64,000 nucleotides of DNA from Hyphomicrobiales bacterium (GCA_965247525.1 OZ252015.1:1759485-1823484); one strand, 5' to 3'; shown: positions 20,281 through 30,224, numbered from the stretch's first letter. A program made the numbers and translations. Notes: generated by a model from the letters alone, not told the origin.

Positions 20281-20559
20281 TTAAGCGCGGTAGTGCTGAA
20301 TACGCGTTGTGCGCAGGCCAGCAAGGCCATGCTTGTCAATTGAGGCCTGCCAGGACAGGATTTCATCGACCGTCAGAGTATAGCGTTTGCAAGCATCTTC
20401 GATGGACAACAGTCCACCACGAATGGCCGCAACCACCTCCGCTTTTCTGCGGATGACCCAGCGCCTTGTATCTGAGGGCGGAAGGTCGGCAACCGTTAGA
20501 GGGCTGCCATCTGGTCCGATGACGTATTTAACTCGTGGGCGTAACATTTGCTCGGTCAT
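20281..20559 (-). CDS. sciP: SciP-like small CtrA-inhibitory transcription factor (DUF1153)
   Basis: A 92-aa protein. RRWVIRRKAEVVAAIRGGLLSIEDACKRYTLTVDEILSWQ matches the DUF1153/SciP HTH family. Confidence 0.7.
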   Translation of the reverse strand: MTEQMLRPRVKYVIGPDGSPLTVADLPPSDTRRWVIRRKAEVVAAIRGGLLSIEDACKRYTLTVDEILSWQASIDKHGLAGLRTTRIQHYRA

Positions 20560-20658
20560 TTTACTCTCACACTGCTGACCAATTCTTCCTCCTCAAGATA
20601 AACCGTTCAGGTTAAGGAATTCCGACCAAAGTGTTGAGAAAACATTATTTTTGACGTT

Positions 20659-21390
20659 TTATATCAATCCAGCTGACGTTTGGGTCGCTGGCGGGGTGAC
20701 AACCGAAGTGATGTCTTGCATCGACAGGCGGCGCGAGCCAACCAGGATAACGGGCGAAGCGCCTGACAGGTCAACACCTGTGACAATACCTCTTGTCGAG
20801 CTGTCAACCGCGACCTGGCTGCCGCTGGCATCTTTTGCGTCGATGGTCAGCGTGTATTTGCCATCTTTAAAGGCGATATTGTTTTTATCCTTGCCATTCC
20901 AGCTGTAAGACTGGGAACCCGGTGTCAGGGTAAAGTTTTCTTCCGACACCGTCTGACCGGCCTCGTTCCGGATTGTCGCTTTCGCGCTCAAAACCGAGCC
21001 TGAAGGGCTTGTCAGGTTCCAGACGGCATTGCCGTTTGCAAGTTCTGTGGTCTTGCCGCTTGATGTCACCTGCTTGTCGATAAAGGACAGCGCGCCGAAA
21101 TTGCTGTTGCTGGCAAGCTGCGCAATAATGGCGTCAAGGCTTTGGTTGGATTTAAGCTGCTGCTCAAGCCCTGTAAACTTTGTCAGCTGGTCGGCAAACT
21201 TGTCGGGGTCGGTTGGCGCGCTGGGGTCCTGATTTTTCAACTGTGTCGTCAGCAATTTTAAAAATGTGCTGAAGGTTTCATCGACCGATCCTGCACCAAA
21301 CGATGATTTGGCCGATGTGCTGGCAGAGACAACATTGCTTTTGCTGGCCTGCGCGATATTTGCGTATGATGCTTCTGTCACTGATGTCAT
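20659..21390 (-). CDS. flgD: flagellar hook capping/assembly protein FlgD
   Basis: The FlgD N-terminal signature is FLKLLTTQLKNQDPSAPTDPDKFADQLTKFTGLEQ. The C-domain is FLgD-Ig-like. Confidence 0.85.
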   Translation of the reverse strand: MTSVTEASYANIAQASKSNVVSASTSAKSSFGAGSVDETFSTFLKLLTTQLKNQDPSAPTDPDKFADQLTKFTGLEQQLKSNQSLDAIIAQLASNSNFGALSFIDKQVTSSGKTTELANGNAVWNLTSPSGSVLSAKATIRNEAGQTVSEENFTLTPGSQSYSWNGKDKNNIAFKDGKYTLTIDAKDASGSQVAVDSSTRGIVTGVDLSGASPVILVGSRRLSMQDITSVVTPPATQTSAGLI

Positions 21391-21406
21391 TTGTCTCTAC
21401 TCCTGT

Positions 21407-22954
21407 TTACACATGCAGATCGATGCCGCTGCCGCGGCCTTGGGAAAGGCTTGCAACCACCGGGCGCGCGGCCCAGCCGTTCAATTCTTCAACATTGATG
21501 TCCATTGTGCCGCGATGCGTTGTTTTGGTGCGCTGATCTTGCCCCTGCTGGCTTTGGCCGGACTGGTCTTTCAGCGAAAACTGCATCGCGCCTGAATCTG
21601 TTTTCAAACCGCTATTGCTGAGCGCCCGTTCTAGATTGGGCTGGTCGCGGCGCAGCTGGTCAAGTGTTTCTGGTCGTTCCACGACAAGATGCGTGGCGAC
21701 CTTTCCGTGCTTGTCGACAGAGACTGTGACATCAATCCCGCCAAGCTCGGCGGGATCAAGGCGGATCTGAAACTGTTTTTCACCACGATGCGCGGACGCT
21801 GCAATTTCGAAAGGTACGCGCGCAAGGGCAAGCGGCGCGCGGGTCTGTGCATCAATCGTTTGCGCGACAACCGTTGGCTGCTGCGTTTGCGTTTGCGTTG
21901 TCAGAACGGGTGGGGCTGGTGCTTTTGCTGACTCAGCTGCAACTGTTGCTGTCGATGCAGCGTTGACAGTCTGATCGGCGTCAGATTGTTGCGTGCTGGT
22001 ATCAGCCTGCGGCGTGTCTGAGGTGACAGTGATGTCAGATTTTGGCTGAACCGGCGTTGCCTGGGTGTCGGCCTTGGCATTTGCGTTTGTGGCTGGCGCT
22101 TGCGCAACGACTGTGGCCGTTTCGTCCTTGCCTTTTGCCAAGGTTATTTTTTTATCGACGGCTGAAACGTTTACCGCCTGCAGGCGTGTCGTCTGCGCGT
22201 CTGTTGCAGCGGGTTTCAAGGTTTCAACGAGCGCCGCGCTTAAATCTGCCGCTGCTGTTGTTTTGTCGGTCGTGGCCGCTTTTTGTGTTGCGGCAGCATC
22301 GGGTGTTGGTTTTGCTGCGGCATCAGCCGTTGCGTCAACTAAAGCTGTGGCATCAGCCACACTGGCCGTATCGCTTGTTCCAGCTGCGGCAGTAGCCGCC
22401 TGTTGTGATTGATCGCCGGACGCCTGTGCCGTGGCGCTGGCGTCCGTGCCAGCTTTTGCAAGATCTGCGTTTAGTTTGGCAGCTGCGGATGTGTTGGCCG
22501 CGGCAAGAAGGGCAGCGTCAGGTGTTGCGGATGCTGCATCTGTTCCTGCGGCTGCTGCATCTGTTCCTGCGGCTGTTTCAATCTGAGCTGTGACAAGAAG
22601 CGGCGTCCCGATAAGAGGTGTCGCGGCTGGTGTCGGCAGAGCCTGCGCTGCTGTAATGACAGTCGATGCGGTCTTGTCGTCATCGGCGGTTGTTGTGTCG
22701 CTTTGATCATCGTCATCGGATTTTGTTTTACCGGATCCGGTCGATGCGTCCTTGCTGGCAGCCTTGTCGGTTGGCGCGTTGGTGTCACTTGTCTGTGTTG
22801 GCGCCTCATTCGCGCTGTCAGCGGCTTGGCTGTCCTGCAAATGGTCGTCAAATGCTGCGCCATCGGCACCGCGTTGTTCGACAGGTTCGCGCTCGCGTTT
22901 GATGATGCTTGCGGGAATTTTGAGAAGATCTGTAATAAGACCAATGCCTGACAC
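21407..22954 (-). CDS. fliK: flagellar hook-length control protein FliK
   Basis: The middle is A/T/D/Q-rich and low-complexity. The C-terminal Flg_hook domain reads FQIRLDPAELGGIDVTVSVDKHGKVATHLVVERPETLDQL. I place the start at the GTG at 22954 (AAAGGA 7 nt upstream, sigma-54 promoter about 30 nt upstream). The ORF-track start at 23098 would overlap mnmA. Confidence 0.75.
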   Translation of the reverse strand: MSGIGLITDLLKIPASIIKREREPVEQRGADGAAFDDHLQDSQAADSANEAPTQTSDTNAPTDKAASKDASTGSGKTKSDDDDQSDTTTADDDKTASTVITAAQALPTPAATPLIGTPLLVTAQIETAAGTDAAAAGTDAASATPDAALLAAANTSAAAKLNADLAKAGTDASATAQASGDQSQQAATAAAGTSDTASVADATALVDATADAAAKPTPDAAATQKAATTDKTTAAADLSAALVETLKPAATDAQTTRLQAVNVSAVDKKITLAKGKDETATVVAQAPATNANAKADTQATPVQPKSDITVTSDTPQADTSTQQSDADQTVNAASTATVAAESAKAPAPPVLTTQTQTQQPTVVAQTIDAQTRAPLALARVPFEIAASAHRGEKQFQIRLDPAELGGIDVTVSVDKHGKVATHLVVERPETLDQLRRDQPNLERALSNSGLKTDSGAMQFSLKDQSGQSQQGQDQRTKTTHRGTMDINVEELNGWAARPVVASLSQGRGSGIDLHV

Positions 22955-22981
22955 GTCGTAATCCTTTGTTTCCTGTAGAAA

Positions 22982-22997
22982 TGCAGGAGGCGTGCCA
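22982..22997 (-). promoter_or_regulatory. sigma-54 (-24/-12) promoter for fliK-flgD
   Basis: The minus strand reads TGGCAC-GCCTC-CTGCA, which satisfies GG-N10-GC with one mismatch to TGGCAC-N5-TTGC. It lies about 28 nt upstream of the GTG at 22954, with an AT-rich stretch upstream. FlbD is encoded in the same window. Confidence 0.55.
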
Positions 22998-23127
22998 AAT
23001 AAAAATCTTTTATATATCAATGGCTTAAGATAATATAAAGCATACCCGCCAAGGATCAGAGGTCTGGTTTGGCCCTTACAAGGGCAAGTCTTGCCCATTG
23101 CCGCGCCGCATGAGAAAGACTTGGGCC

Positions 23128-24288
23128 ATGCTCAACAGCCTTGGAATTGCCAAACCGCCTGAGAAAACCCGCGTCGTGGTTGCGATGTCGGGCGGCGTGG
23201 ATTCGTCGGTTGTGGCTGCCGTGCTGAAAGCCCAAGGCTATGACGTGGTCGGCATGACCCTGCAGCTCTATAACGGCAATGCCACGCCTGCCAAAAAAGG
23301 CGCGTGCTGCGCTGGTCAGGACATTGATGATGCGCGCCGTGTGTCGGGCAAAATCGGCATTCCGCATTATGTGCTCGACTATGAGCAAAAGTTCAAAAGC
23401 AGCGTCATCGATACATTTGCGGAAAGCTATCTTGCGGGCGAAACGCCGGTGCCCTGTATTTCATGCAACCAGACCGTCAAATTTCGTGATCTTTTGGCGA
23501 CATCGCGCGAGCTTGACGCCGATGTGCTGGCGACCGGCCATTATGTTGAAAGCCGTAAAATCGGCGCGCATATGGCGATGTTTCGCCCCATCGATGCGGA
23601 TCGTGATCAGAGTTATTTTTTGTTTGCAACGACGCAGGACCAGCTCGATTATTTGCGCTTTCCGCTGGGCGCGCTGACAAAGCAGGAAACGCGCGCGCTG
23701 GCGGCTGAGTATGATCTGACAGTTGCCGCCAAACCGGACAGCCAGGACATTTGTTTTGTTGCCAATGGCCGCTATGCCAACATCATTGAAAAACTAAAAC
23801 CCGGATCGTCGCAGCGCGGCATGGTGCAGCATGTGAACGGCAAGGTTCTTGGCGAGCATGACGGCATTATCAATTTCACTGTTGGCCAGCGCAAAGGCCT
23901 GAAAATTGCGTCCGATTCGCCGCTTTATGTTGTGTCACTGGATGCAAAAAACAACCGCGTTGTCGTTGGCCCGCGAGAAGCGCTTTTTACATCGCGTCTT
24001 TCCCTTCGTGATATCAACTGGATCGGCGAGGGTGCAGCACCGGTCGATGGTCTCGGCGTGCATGTGCGCGTGCGCTCCGCGCGGGCGCCTGCGCCTGCAA
24101 TTTTGCGTGTGCGCGGCGCTGAGACCAATGTTGAATTGCTGTCGGGCGAAGATGGCGTTGCGCCCGGTCAGGCTTGCGTTTTTTATGAAAGCGATGCACC
24201 GCGCGCGCGCGTGCTGGGCGGCGGGTTTATTGCGGCAACAGAAAAGAACGTTTTGTCGCGCACGCGCGAAGATGTACTGACCTCATGA
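23128..24288 (+). CDS. mnmA: tRNA 2-thiouridine(34) synthase MnmA
   Basis: The PP-loop is [12 protein letters not shown]. The catalytic Cys context is PCISCN, and DSQDICF is present. The start is set at the ATG at 23128 (MLNSLG..). Confidence 0.9.
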   Translation: MLNSLGIAKPPEKTRVVVAMSGGVDSSVVAAVLKAQGYDVVGMTLQLYNGNATPAKKGACCAGQDIDDARRVSGKIGIPHYVLDYEQKFKSSVIDTFAESYLAGETPVPCISCNQTVKFRDLLATSRELDADVLATGHYVESRKIGAHMAMFRPIDADRDQSYFLFATTQDQLDYLRFPLGALTKQETRALAAEYDLTVAAKPDSQDICFVANGRYANIIEKLKPGSSQRGMVQHVNGKVLGEHDGIINFTVGQRKGLKIASDSPLYVVSLDAKNNRVVVGPREALFTSRLSLRDINWIGEGAAPVDGLGVHVRVRSARAPAPAILRVRGAETNVELLSGEDGVAPGQACVFYESDAPRARVLGGGFIAATEKNVLSRTREDVLTS

Positions 24289-24926
24289 CGAATGTGTTAC
24301 ACGGCGCGCATGTCAAAGACATGCGTGACACTTACGCCGCGTGGTCGGGAATCTATGATTTCATTTATCGTTATTTTTTTGCACCTGCACAAAAGCGCGC
24401 GGCGGCGCTGGCGGCGCAGACAGGCGTCTCTGTTCTTGAAGTTGGTTTTGGCACAGGATTGACGCTTTCCTATTACCCCAAAAGCGTTCAGCTGACGGGC
24501 ATTGATATTTCTCTGCACATGCTGGAACTTGCAAAGCAGAAATTAAAACAACCACAGAAACCCGATGTTAAAGGCTTGTGCGTCATGGATGCAGGTACGC
24601 TTGGATTTGCAGATGCGCAGTTTGACGCCATTGTTTTTCCCTTCGTGATTGCGCTGGTGCCAAGCTACCGCAAGGCGCTCGACGAGGCGGCGCGGGTCTT
24701 GAAACCGGGTGGACGCATTGTTCTCGCCAACAGGTTTGGCGCGGAAAGAGGCATGCAGGCGTTTTTTGAGGCGATTGCGGCACCGCTGGCCAATGCCATC
24801 GGCTGGAGCTGTAATTTTAAAATGTCGTTCCTTGAAGACTGGGCCAATGCGCATGGCGGCATGAAACTAAGCCTGAAACATCAGGCTTATTTCAGCGTGA
24901 TGGTTTTTGAAAAGAACGGTGCTTGA
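24285..24926 (+). CDS. class I SAM-dependent methyltransferase
   Basis: Motif I is [10 protein letters not shown] and the post-I acidic residue is present. The ATGA overlap with the mnmA stop suggests coupling. Confidence 0.7.
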   Translation: MTNVLHGAHVKDMRDTYAAWSGIYDFIYRYFFAPAQKRAAALAAQTGVSVLEVGFGTGLTLSYYPKSVQLTGIDISLHMLELAKQKLKQPQKPDVKGLCVMDAGTLGFADAQFDAIVFPFVIALVPSYRKALDEAARVLKPGGRIVLANRFGAERGMQAFFEAIAAPLANAIGWSCNFKMSFLEDWANAHGGMKLSLKHQAYFSVMVFEKNGA

Positions 24927-24969
24927 CAGGGTGAAGCTCCTTCCCCTATCCAAAACGATCAAGACCCAA

Positions 24970-25046
24970 GGCGGGGTAGCTCAGTTGGTTAGAGCAGAGG
25001 AATCATAATCCTTGTGTCGGCGGTTCAAATCCGTCCCTCGCTACCA
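24970..25046 (+). tRNA. tRNA with CAU anticodon (elongator Met, or Ile2 if lysidine-modified)
   Basis: It folds as a cloverleaf by hand. The acceptor is GGCGGGG/CCTCGCT (two G-U pairs). The D arm is GCTC..GAGC. The anticodon stem is GAGGA/TCCTT with loop ATCATAA. The T arm is GGCGG-TTCAAAT-CCGTC. A and CCA are encoded at the 3' end. Confidence 0.85.
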
Positions 25047-25172
25047 TTTCTGTCGACCGCAGCGCGGTCAAAACATGCCGCTGGCATTTTTTTGAGACAG
25101 AAATGACAAGCCATTTATAGCGCGTCAATTTAAATGAATTTTCTATTTTTTATACGGCGCTGAAATCTTATC

Positions 25173-25622
25173 TCAGACGATATGAAAGCTGTGCAGCAAA
25201 CCCGGCGCAGGTGTGAAGCTTGTTGGCAAGACGGACACAGGCGGCGGATCCGTCACACCTTCCTGAATAAAGCGGATGGCGGACAACACGCCGTTTTTTG
25301 TAAATGGTTTTGGTATGACGCCGTGGCCACCTGCAAAATCATCGGGAATTTTCGCAGGATTTGCAGTGATGAAAAATATTAGCGTTTCAGGCCATTTTTT
25401 GCGGATGAGGCGTGCCACATCAATGCCTGATGTATTGCGTGCAAGCTGGATATCGACAAATGCGATATCAGGGGTGAGCGTCTCTTGCTCATCTTCGACA
25501 TCGAAAAGGGAAGCGGCCTGGCCAACAACCTGATGACCTGCATCCTCAACAATCATCTCAAGATCGAGAGCAAGCAGGCCTTCGTCCTCAACGATGTAAA
25601 ATGTTAGTCTGCGCTCACTCAT
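25173..25622 (-). CDS. lovR: single-domain response regulator (LovR-like)
   Basis: This is a receiver domain only ([19 protein letters not shown]..). A 4-nt overlap couples it to the upstream LOV kinase. Confidence 0.65.
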   Translation of the reverse strand: MSERRLTFYIVEDEGLLALDLEMIVEDAGHQVVGQAASLFDVEDEQETLTPDIAFVDIQLARNTSGIDVARLIRKKWPETLIFFITANPAKIPDDFAGGHGVIPKPFTKNGVLSAIRFIQEGVTDPPPVSVLPTSFTPAPGLLHSFHIV

Positions 25623-26725
25623 ACCTGTGGTTCCATCGAAAAATTCAACTCAACTTTCGTGCCGGGTTCACAATTTACGAACGCAACATCGCCACCTACT
25701 TGTTTGCATAATCGCGTTATCAAAGTGTGACCAAGGCTGTCGCTTTTAATATCGGAGGGGAAAAATCCCGGTCCATCATCGGAAATCGATATTTTTGCAA
25801 GATTGTTGAAAGCAGACGCGTGCACGGCAATTGTTCCAGAACGTCCATCTTTATAAGCATGTTTGATAGAGTTGGTGACAATCTCGTTGAGAATAAGGCC
25901 AAAGGCCGAGGCTTTCTCGGCCGGTATTTTTATGGATGAAATTTGTGTTTCAATTTTGATATCGTTGCGGCCACTAGATCCTACAATATCCGATACCAAT
26001 GTGCCGACAAAATCACCGATATCGAAATGCATAATATCGCTGGACTGATAAAGCTTGCGGTGGACTGTTGCGAGCGCATCAACGCGCTCGAGCATTGTCT
26101 TTAATTTGTCAGAAATAATAGGGTCTTTGATGCTGCGGGCTTGAAGCCGCAACATTGAACCAATCATTGTCAGATTGTTTTTAACGCGGTGATCAACTTC
26201 ATGCAGAAGCAAGGTTTTGGCATCAAGCGCGGCTTTAAGGTCTGCCGTTCGCTCTTGAATTTCCTGCTCAACATGAATCTTCTGCAGTTCAATCATGCGC
26301 TGGGCTTCGATGCGGTCTGTAACATCAAGCTGGGATGCAAAAAAGTATTGAAGTTCTCCATTGGTATTGCGCACAGGACTGAGATATAGCGCATTCCAAA
26401 ATGTTGTTTGATCTTTGCGATAGTTTAACAGGTCGATTTCAATCGAATCGCTTTTTTTTATAGCTTCTCTGATTTTTTGAACATCGCTCTGATTTGTCTC
26501 CGGTCCCTGTAAGAAACGGCAGTTGCGACCGATGATTTCCTCGCGGGAATATCCAGTTAAATCCTGAAACGCCTGATTGCAAAACACAATCGGATTATCG
26601 GGGAGGCGCGGATCCGTAATTACCATCGGCATACGCGTCGCACGTACGGCTGCGGCAAAAGGGTCGCCTTGGCCTAACTCATGTGTCACGCTGTCGGTTA
26701 AATGCCAATCGTCACTCTGCTTCAT
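25619..26725 (-). CDS. lovK: blue-light LOV-domain HWE/HisKA_2 histidine kinase (LovK-like)
   Basis: The LOV flavin-Cys motif is [13 protein letters not shown] in a PAS fold. Next comes the HisKA_2 H-box [18 protein letters not shown], then an HWE-type ATPase domain. It is 368 aa and visibly AT-rich. Confidence 0.85.
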   Translation of the reverse strand: MKQSDDWHLTDSVTHELGQGDPFAAAVRATRMPMVITDPRLPDNPIVFCNQAFQDLTGYSREEIIGRNCRFLQGPETNQSDVQKIREAIKKSDSIEIDLLNYRKDQTTFWNALYLSPVRNTNGELQYFFASQLDVTDRIEAQRMIELQKIHVEQEIQERTADLKAALDAKTLLLHEVDHRVKNNLTMIGSMLRLQARSIKDPIISDKLKTMLERVDALATVHRKLYQSSDIMHFDIGDFVGTLVSDIVGSSGRNDIKIETQISSIKIPAEKASAFGLILNEIVTNSIKHAYKDGRSGTIAVHASAFNNLAKISISDDGPGFFPSDIKSDSLGHTLITRLCKQVGGDVAFVNCEPGTKVELNFSMEPQV

Positions 26726-26879
26726 TTAAAAGCCTTATCTATCTGGTTTACAAGATTATATTCATTAACGGGCGGACTTCGCTTCGGTTCCACAAACGGC
26801 CTCAAAGGCATTGTACAAAGCTCGAAAAGCCTGATCTTCACTCTATATTAAGCATAGGTGTTTAGATTTCATTATTGAT

Positions 26880-27884
26880 ATGGGTGCTTCATCCGCCATG
26901 GCCATGTTAGATAAGCCTTTGGCTTACTTGCAGAATTTGGGACAACCTGGCGCTGGCGTTGTGGAAGAATCGTCTTCCCCGCCGGCCTTCGTGAAAGTGC
27001 GCGTTGAGGTCAAGGGTTTCCCCCCTTCCGCAAAGGCGCTGGAACCCGGCAATTATACTCTCGGCTCTTCGCCTGAATGCGATTTGATTATTCCCGAAGC
27101 GCCGGCCGATGAAATTGCGCTTTTGCATGTGCGCGGCGGCACCGAGCCGCATGAGCTTGTGTCGATGTCGCGCGGCATCATGCTGGGCGGCAAACCCTTC
27201 AACCCGCAAACGCGTGTCAGCCTGCTTGCTGAAACCGTACTTGAAGTGGGCCCCGCAAAAATCACATTCATCCCGCGCGTCAATAAAATGCAGCGCGCCG
27301 GACAAATGCTTGCCAAGGTCAATCCCGGCGCATCGTTCAAAACGCCGGTGACGATGCTTTTAATTGCTGCCGCTTTGGGTCTTGTGGCGTGGTACTCATC
27401 AGGCAGCGCGCCCACACCCATCAGAAGTTTTAATTTCAACCTGCCCGAGCGCCCTTCAGGTTTGCAAAACACAGCTTCAACCGCGCCGATCACAAATGCC
27501 AAAGACACATCGGACGAATTGAACCGGCTTTTTAATGCGGCCGATCTTTCAAGCCAGATTGAAGCCAAGACCGATGGCACGCAGGTGACCGTTCAAGGCG
27601 CGATCAGCATGGGCGCTGAACCACGCATGAACGAAATCATGCGGCTTGTCGGCACACGCTCAAATGTGCCGATCAAATCAATGGTACGACCCGATTCCTC
27701 GACATTGATTGAAGCGATTGCCGGCGTGTCGCTGCAGCCGTCGCGCTATATTATTTTGACCGATGGCGAGCGCTACCGTGTCGGCGATCTGATGCCAAAC
27801 GGCTGGAGCGTTGAATCGATCGACCAGCAACAGGTTATTGTCACGCGGGATGGCCTGCGCGAAACACTCGATCTCGGGAAGTAG
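26880..27884 (+). CDS. sctD: SctD-like T3SS inner-ring protein (FHA-like N-domain, one TM, periplasmic domain)
   Basis: The FHA-like core is YTLGSSPECDLIIPEAPADEIALLHV. There is a single TM (VTMLLIAAALGLVAWY) and a roughly 170-aa periplasmic C-domain. The gene sits immediately upstream of sctV (10 nt gap), like y4yQ-rhcV in rhizobia. Confidence 0.55.
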   Translation: MGASSAMAMLDKPLAYLQNLGQPGAGVVEESSSPPAFVKVRVEVKGFPPSAKALEPGNYTLGSSPECDLIIPEAPADEIALLHVRGGTEPHELVSMSRGIMLGGKPFNPQTRVSLLAETVLEVGPAKITFIPRVNKMQRAGQMLAKVNPGASFKTPVTMLLIAAALGLVAWYSSGSAPTPIRSFNFNLPERPSGLQNTASTAPITNAKDTSDELNRLFNAADLSSQIEAKTDGTQVTVQGAISMGAEPRMNEIMRLVGTRSNVPIKSMVRPDSSTLIEAIAGVSLQPSRYIILTDGERYRVGDLMPNGWSVESIDQQQVIVTRDGLRETLDLGK

Positions 27885-27893
27885 GGTAGTTCG

Positions 27894-30044
27894 ATGGAGC
27901 GTTTCGGCATTCGGGTGATGAACCTGCTGGCAAAGCGGCAGGATCTTTTCCTGCTGACTTTCATGTTCCTGTTTATTTTGATGTTTATCATCCCGATCCC
28001 GCCTCTGGTGATTGACGGTCTGCTGTCCGTCAATATCGGCCTGACCGTTCTTGTTCTGGTGGTCTCAACTTACTTAAAAGGCCCTGCCGACCTTTCGACA
28101 TTTCCGGCGCTTATTCTTTTCACAACCGTGTTTCGTCTGGCGCTGACGGTTGCTTCGGCACGCCTTATCCTGACACACGGTTATGCGGGCGATATCATCC
28201 GCACCTTCGGCCAGTTCGTTGTCGGCGGCAACGTGATGATCGGCCTTGTGGTGTTTTTCATTATCGCGATCGTGCAGTTTATCGTCGTCGTCAAAGGCGC
28301 AGAACGTATCGCCGAGGTTGGCGCGCGTTTTACGCTCGACGCTTTGCCCGGCAAGCAGATGAGCATCGACAGCGATCTGCGCAATGGCGATATCACAAAA
28401 GAAGAGGCCAAGCGCCGACGCTCGCGCATTGAGCGTGAAAGTTCCTTCTTCGGTGCAATGGACGGTTCTTTACGCTTCGTCAAAGGCGACGCGATTGCGA
28501 GTTTTATCGTTATTTTCGTCAACCTGATCGGCGGCCTGCTTGTGGGTATGTTGTCGCGCGGTCTGAGTTTCAACGACGCGATCCACACCTTCACCATTCT
28601 GACCGTAGGCGAAGGCCTTGTGGCGCAGATTCCGGCCATGTTCATCGCTATTTCGGCAGGTATCGTTTCAACGCGTATCGTCACCGATGAATCACGAAAT
28701 CTGGGAAGTGATATTGCCCGCGAGTTGTCGGCGGAAGTTAAAGCGCTGTATGTGGCGGCGGGTATTCTCGCCATTATCGGCCTGTTGCCGGGCTTTCCGC
28801 ATTTCATCTTTTTCGGTCTTGCGGCATTGATTGTCGGCATGGCCTTTTTGGTGGCACGCGGGCGCTTTCGTGAAAAAGAAGCAGACGAGGCCGAACAGCA
28901 ATCGCAAGCCGACGATGCGCTGCGCGCGCAAATGGAAGACAGTGACGAAGAAGGCGGGGAGCAGGTTGAGCGCGGCGGTGACCGCAACAATCCAAGCCTG
29001 CCTGAAGCCGAAGAAGGCGATATTTTTATCATTGCCCTTCACCCCGATCTCTGGGCGCCATGGCGCGATGCGGCCATGCCGCGCCTGATGCGCCATGCCA
29101 TGACACGCACGCGGCAGGAAATGGGCCTTATGCTTCCCGAATTTACATTCCGCGAAATGTCGGCTTTGCCTGAAAACGGTTATCAAATCCTTGTCGAAGA
29201 CGTTCCCGTTTTCCGCGGGCAGTTTGATGTCGAAAAATTTTACAGCGTGATGTCGCCTGCCGATGCCGAGCGCCTCGGTCTCTCGTCGCAATTTGTGCAA
29301 ACATCGCAAATTGCCAGCCTCGTCGAATTGACGGAGGCACAAAGTCAAAGCGTCAGCGATGCCAAATTCGTTGTCTATGATGCCGCTGACCGCGTGGTGC
29401 AGGAGGCTGATGCTGTCGCGCGCCGCAATTCGGGCCGCGCCTTTGGCATCAATGAAGCCGCCAACTGGCTTGATGGCTTAGAAGGTCGTTACCAGCGGCT
29501 TGTTGGCGAAGTCAAAGCCAATGTGCCGATGCTGAAACTGGTTGAGATCGGTCGCCGCCTTCTTGATGAAAATGTGCCGATGGCACAGCCGCGCGTCATG
29601 CTGGAATCGCTGCTTCAGGCCTCTGCCATGGATCTTGATGCGACCGACACGGTTGAACTGGTGCGCCGCGCTTTGGCACGGCAGATCATCCATAGCTACA
29701 CCAATATCAATGGCGAAATCGACGCTATCTTGATTGAGCCATCCGCTGAAAGCATCATCCATGATATCGTGACGCAGGCGCCAGCAGACCTTGCCGCAAC
29801 GAAAACAGGCGAGCAGCTGTCGGGACTGACTTTTGCCCGCAGCATTGCTGAAGTAAACACACAAGCCTTGAGCACTGGCATGCGCCCTGTGCTTTTGACC
29901 TCGGCCCCTATTCGCCCGATGGCACGCATGATGCTGGTGCGCAACGGCGTGCAAATGCCGGTCATTTCCTTTCAGGAAATCGGCAATGATGTGCAGGTGC
30001 GGCCGTTGCGGGCGATGGGCCCGAACGATCTTGGGCTCGACTAG
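27894..30044 (+). CDS. sctV: T3SS export gate protein SctV (RhcV/HrcV; FlhA family)
   Basis: ARFTLDALPGKQMSIDSDL, FVKGDAIAS and TVGEGLVAQIPAMFIA are present. It is clearly paralogous to, but distinct from, the flhA at 11974-14094. It has an acidic linker (EADEAEQQSQADD..DSDEEGGE). Confidence 0.9.
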   Translation: MERFGIRVMNLLAKRQDLFLLTFMFLFILMFIIPIPPLVIDGLLSVNIGLTVLVLVVSTYLKGPADLSTFPALILFTTVFRLALTVASARLILTHGYAGDIIRTFGQFVVGGNVMIGLVVFFIIAIVQFIVVVKGAERIAEVGARFTLDALPGKQMSIDSDLRNGDITKEEAKRRRSRIERESSFFGAMDGSLRFVKGDAIASFIVIFVNLIGGLLVGMLSRGLSFNDAIHTFTILTVGEGLVAQIPAMFIAISAGIVSTRIVTDESRNLGSDIARELSAEVKALYVAAGILAIIGLLPGFPHFIFFGLAALIVGMAFLVARGRFREKEADEAEQQSQADDALRAQMEDSDEEGGEQVERGGDRNNPSLPEAEEGDIFIIALHPDLWAPWRDAAMPRLMRHAMTRTRQEMGLMLPEFTFREMSALPENGYQILVEDVPVFRGQFDVEKFYSVMSPADAERLGLSSQFVQTSQIASLVELTEAQSQSVSDAKFVVYDAADRVVQEADAVARRNSGRAFGINEAANWLDGLEGRYQRLVGEVKANVPMLKLVEIGRRLLDENVPMAQPRVMLESLLQASAMDLDATDTVELVRRALARQIIHSYTNINGEIDAILIEPSAESIIHDIVTQAPADLAATKTGEQLSGLTFARSIAEVNTQALSTGMRPVLLTSAPIRPMARMMLVRNGVQMPVISFQEIGNDVQVRPLRAMGPNDLGLD

Positions 30045-30057
30045 TTACGTTTTTTCT

Positions 30058-30222
30058 GCCCGAGCTTCAGCGAATGGCAGCATTCAAAATGCCCGAGCTT
30101 TAGCGAATGGCAGCATTCAAAATGCCCGAGCTTTAGCGAATGGCAGCATTCAAAATGCCCGAGCTTCAGCGAATGGCAGCATTCAAAATGCCCGAGCTTC
30201 AGCGAATGGCAGCATTCAACAA
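30058..30222. repeat. tandem array of 5 x 33 bp (GCCCGAGCTT(C/T)AGCGAATGGCAGCATTCAAAAT)
   Basis: Unit starts are at 30058, 30091, 30124, 30157 and 30190. Only a C/T variant and the last-unit tail differ. The array fills almost the whole 180-nt gap between the convergent sctV and sctU stops. Confidence 0.9.
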
Positions 30223-30224
30223 AA

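Noticed and set aside
22955-23127. Overlapping divergent starts of fliK and mnmA at 23098.
   Set aside because: The extensions lack homology. Downstream starts with an SD (GTG at 22954, ATG at 23128) and a sigma-54 promoter between them explain the region better.
26810-26850. A tts-box-like element. CTCGAAAAG (26821-26829) lies 14 nt upstream of TATATT before sctD. TTCGAAAG occurs at 43093-43100 before the secretin-N gene, and on the minus strand at 43037-43044 before the 75-aa gene.
   Set aside because: Only the TCGAAAG core of the rhizobial tts box is matched. The GTCAG half is absent, and TTCGAA is a short palindrome expected by chance. The main GNAT-sctJ promoter region and the 44758 leader lack the motif, and no TtsI gene is seen. 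It is worth a motif search but not a call.
30058-30222. The possibility that the 33-bp array is a CRISPR array.
   Set aside because: The units are directly adjacent with no spacers, and there are no cas genes in the window.
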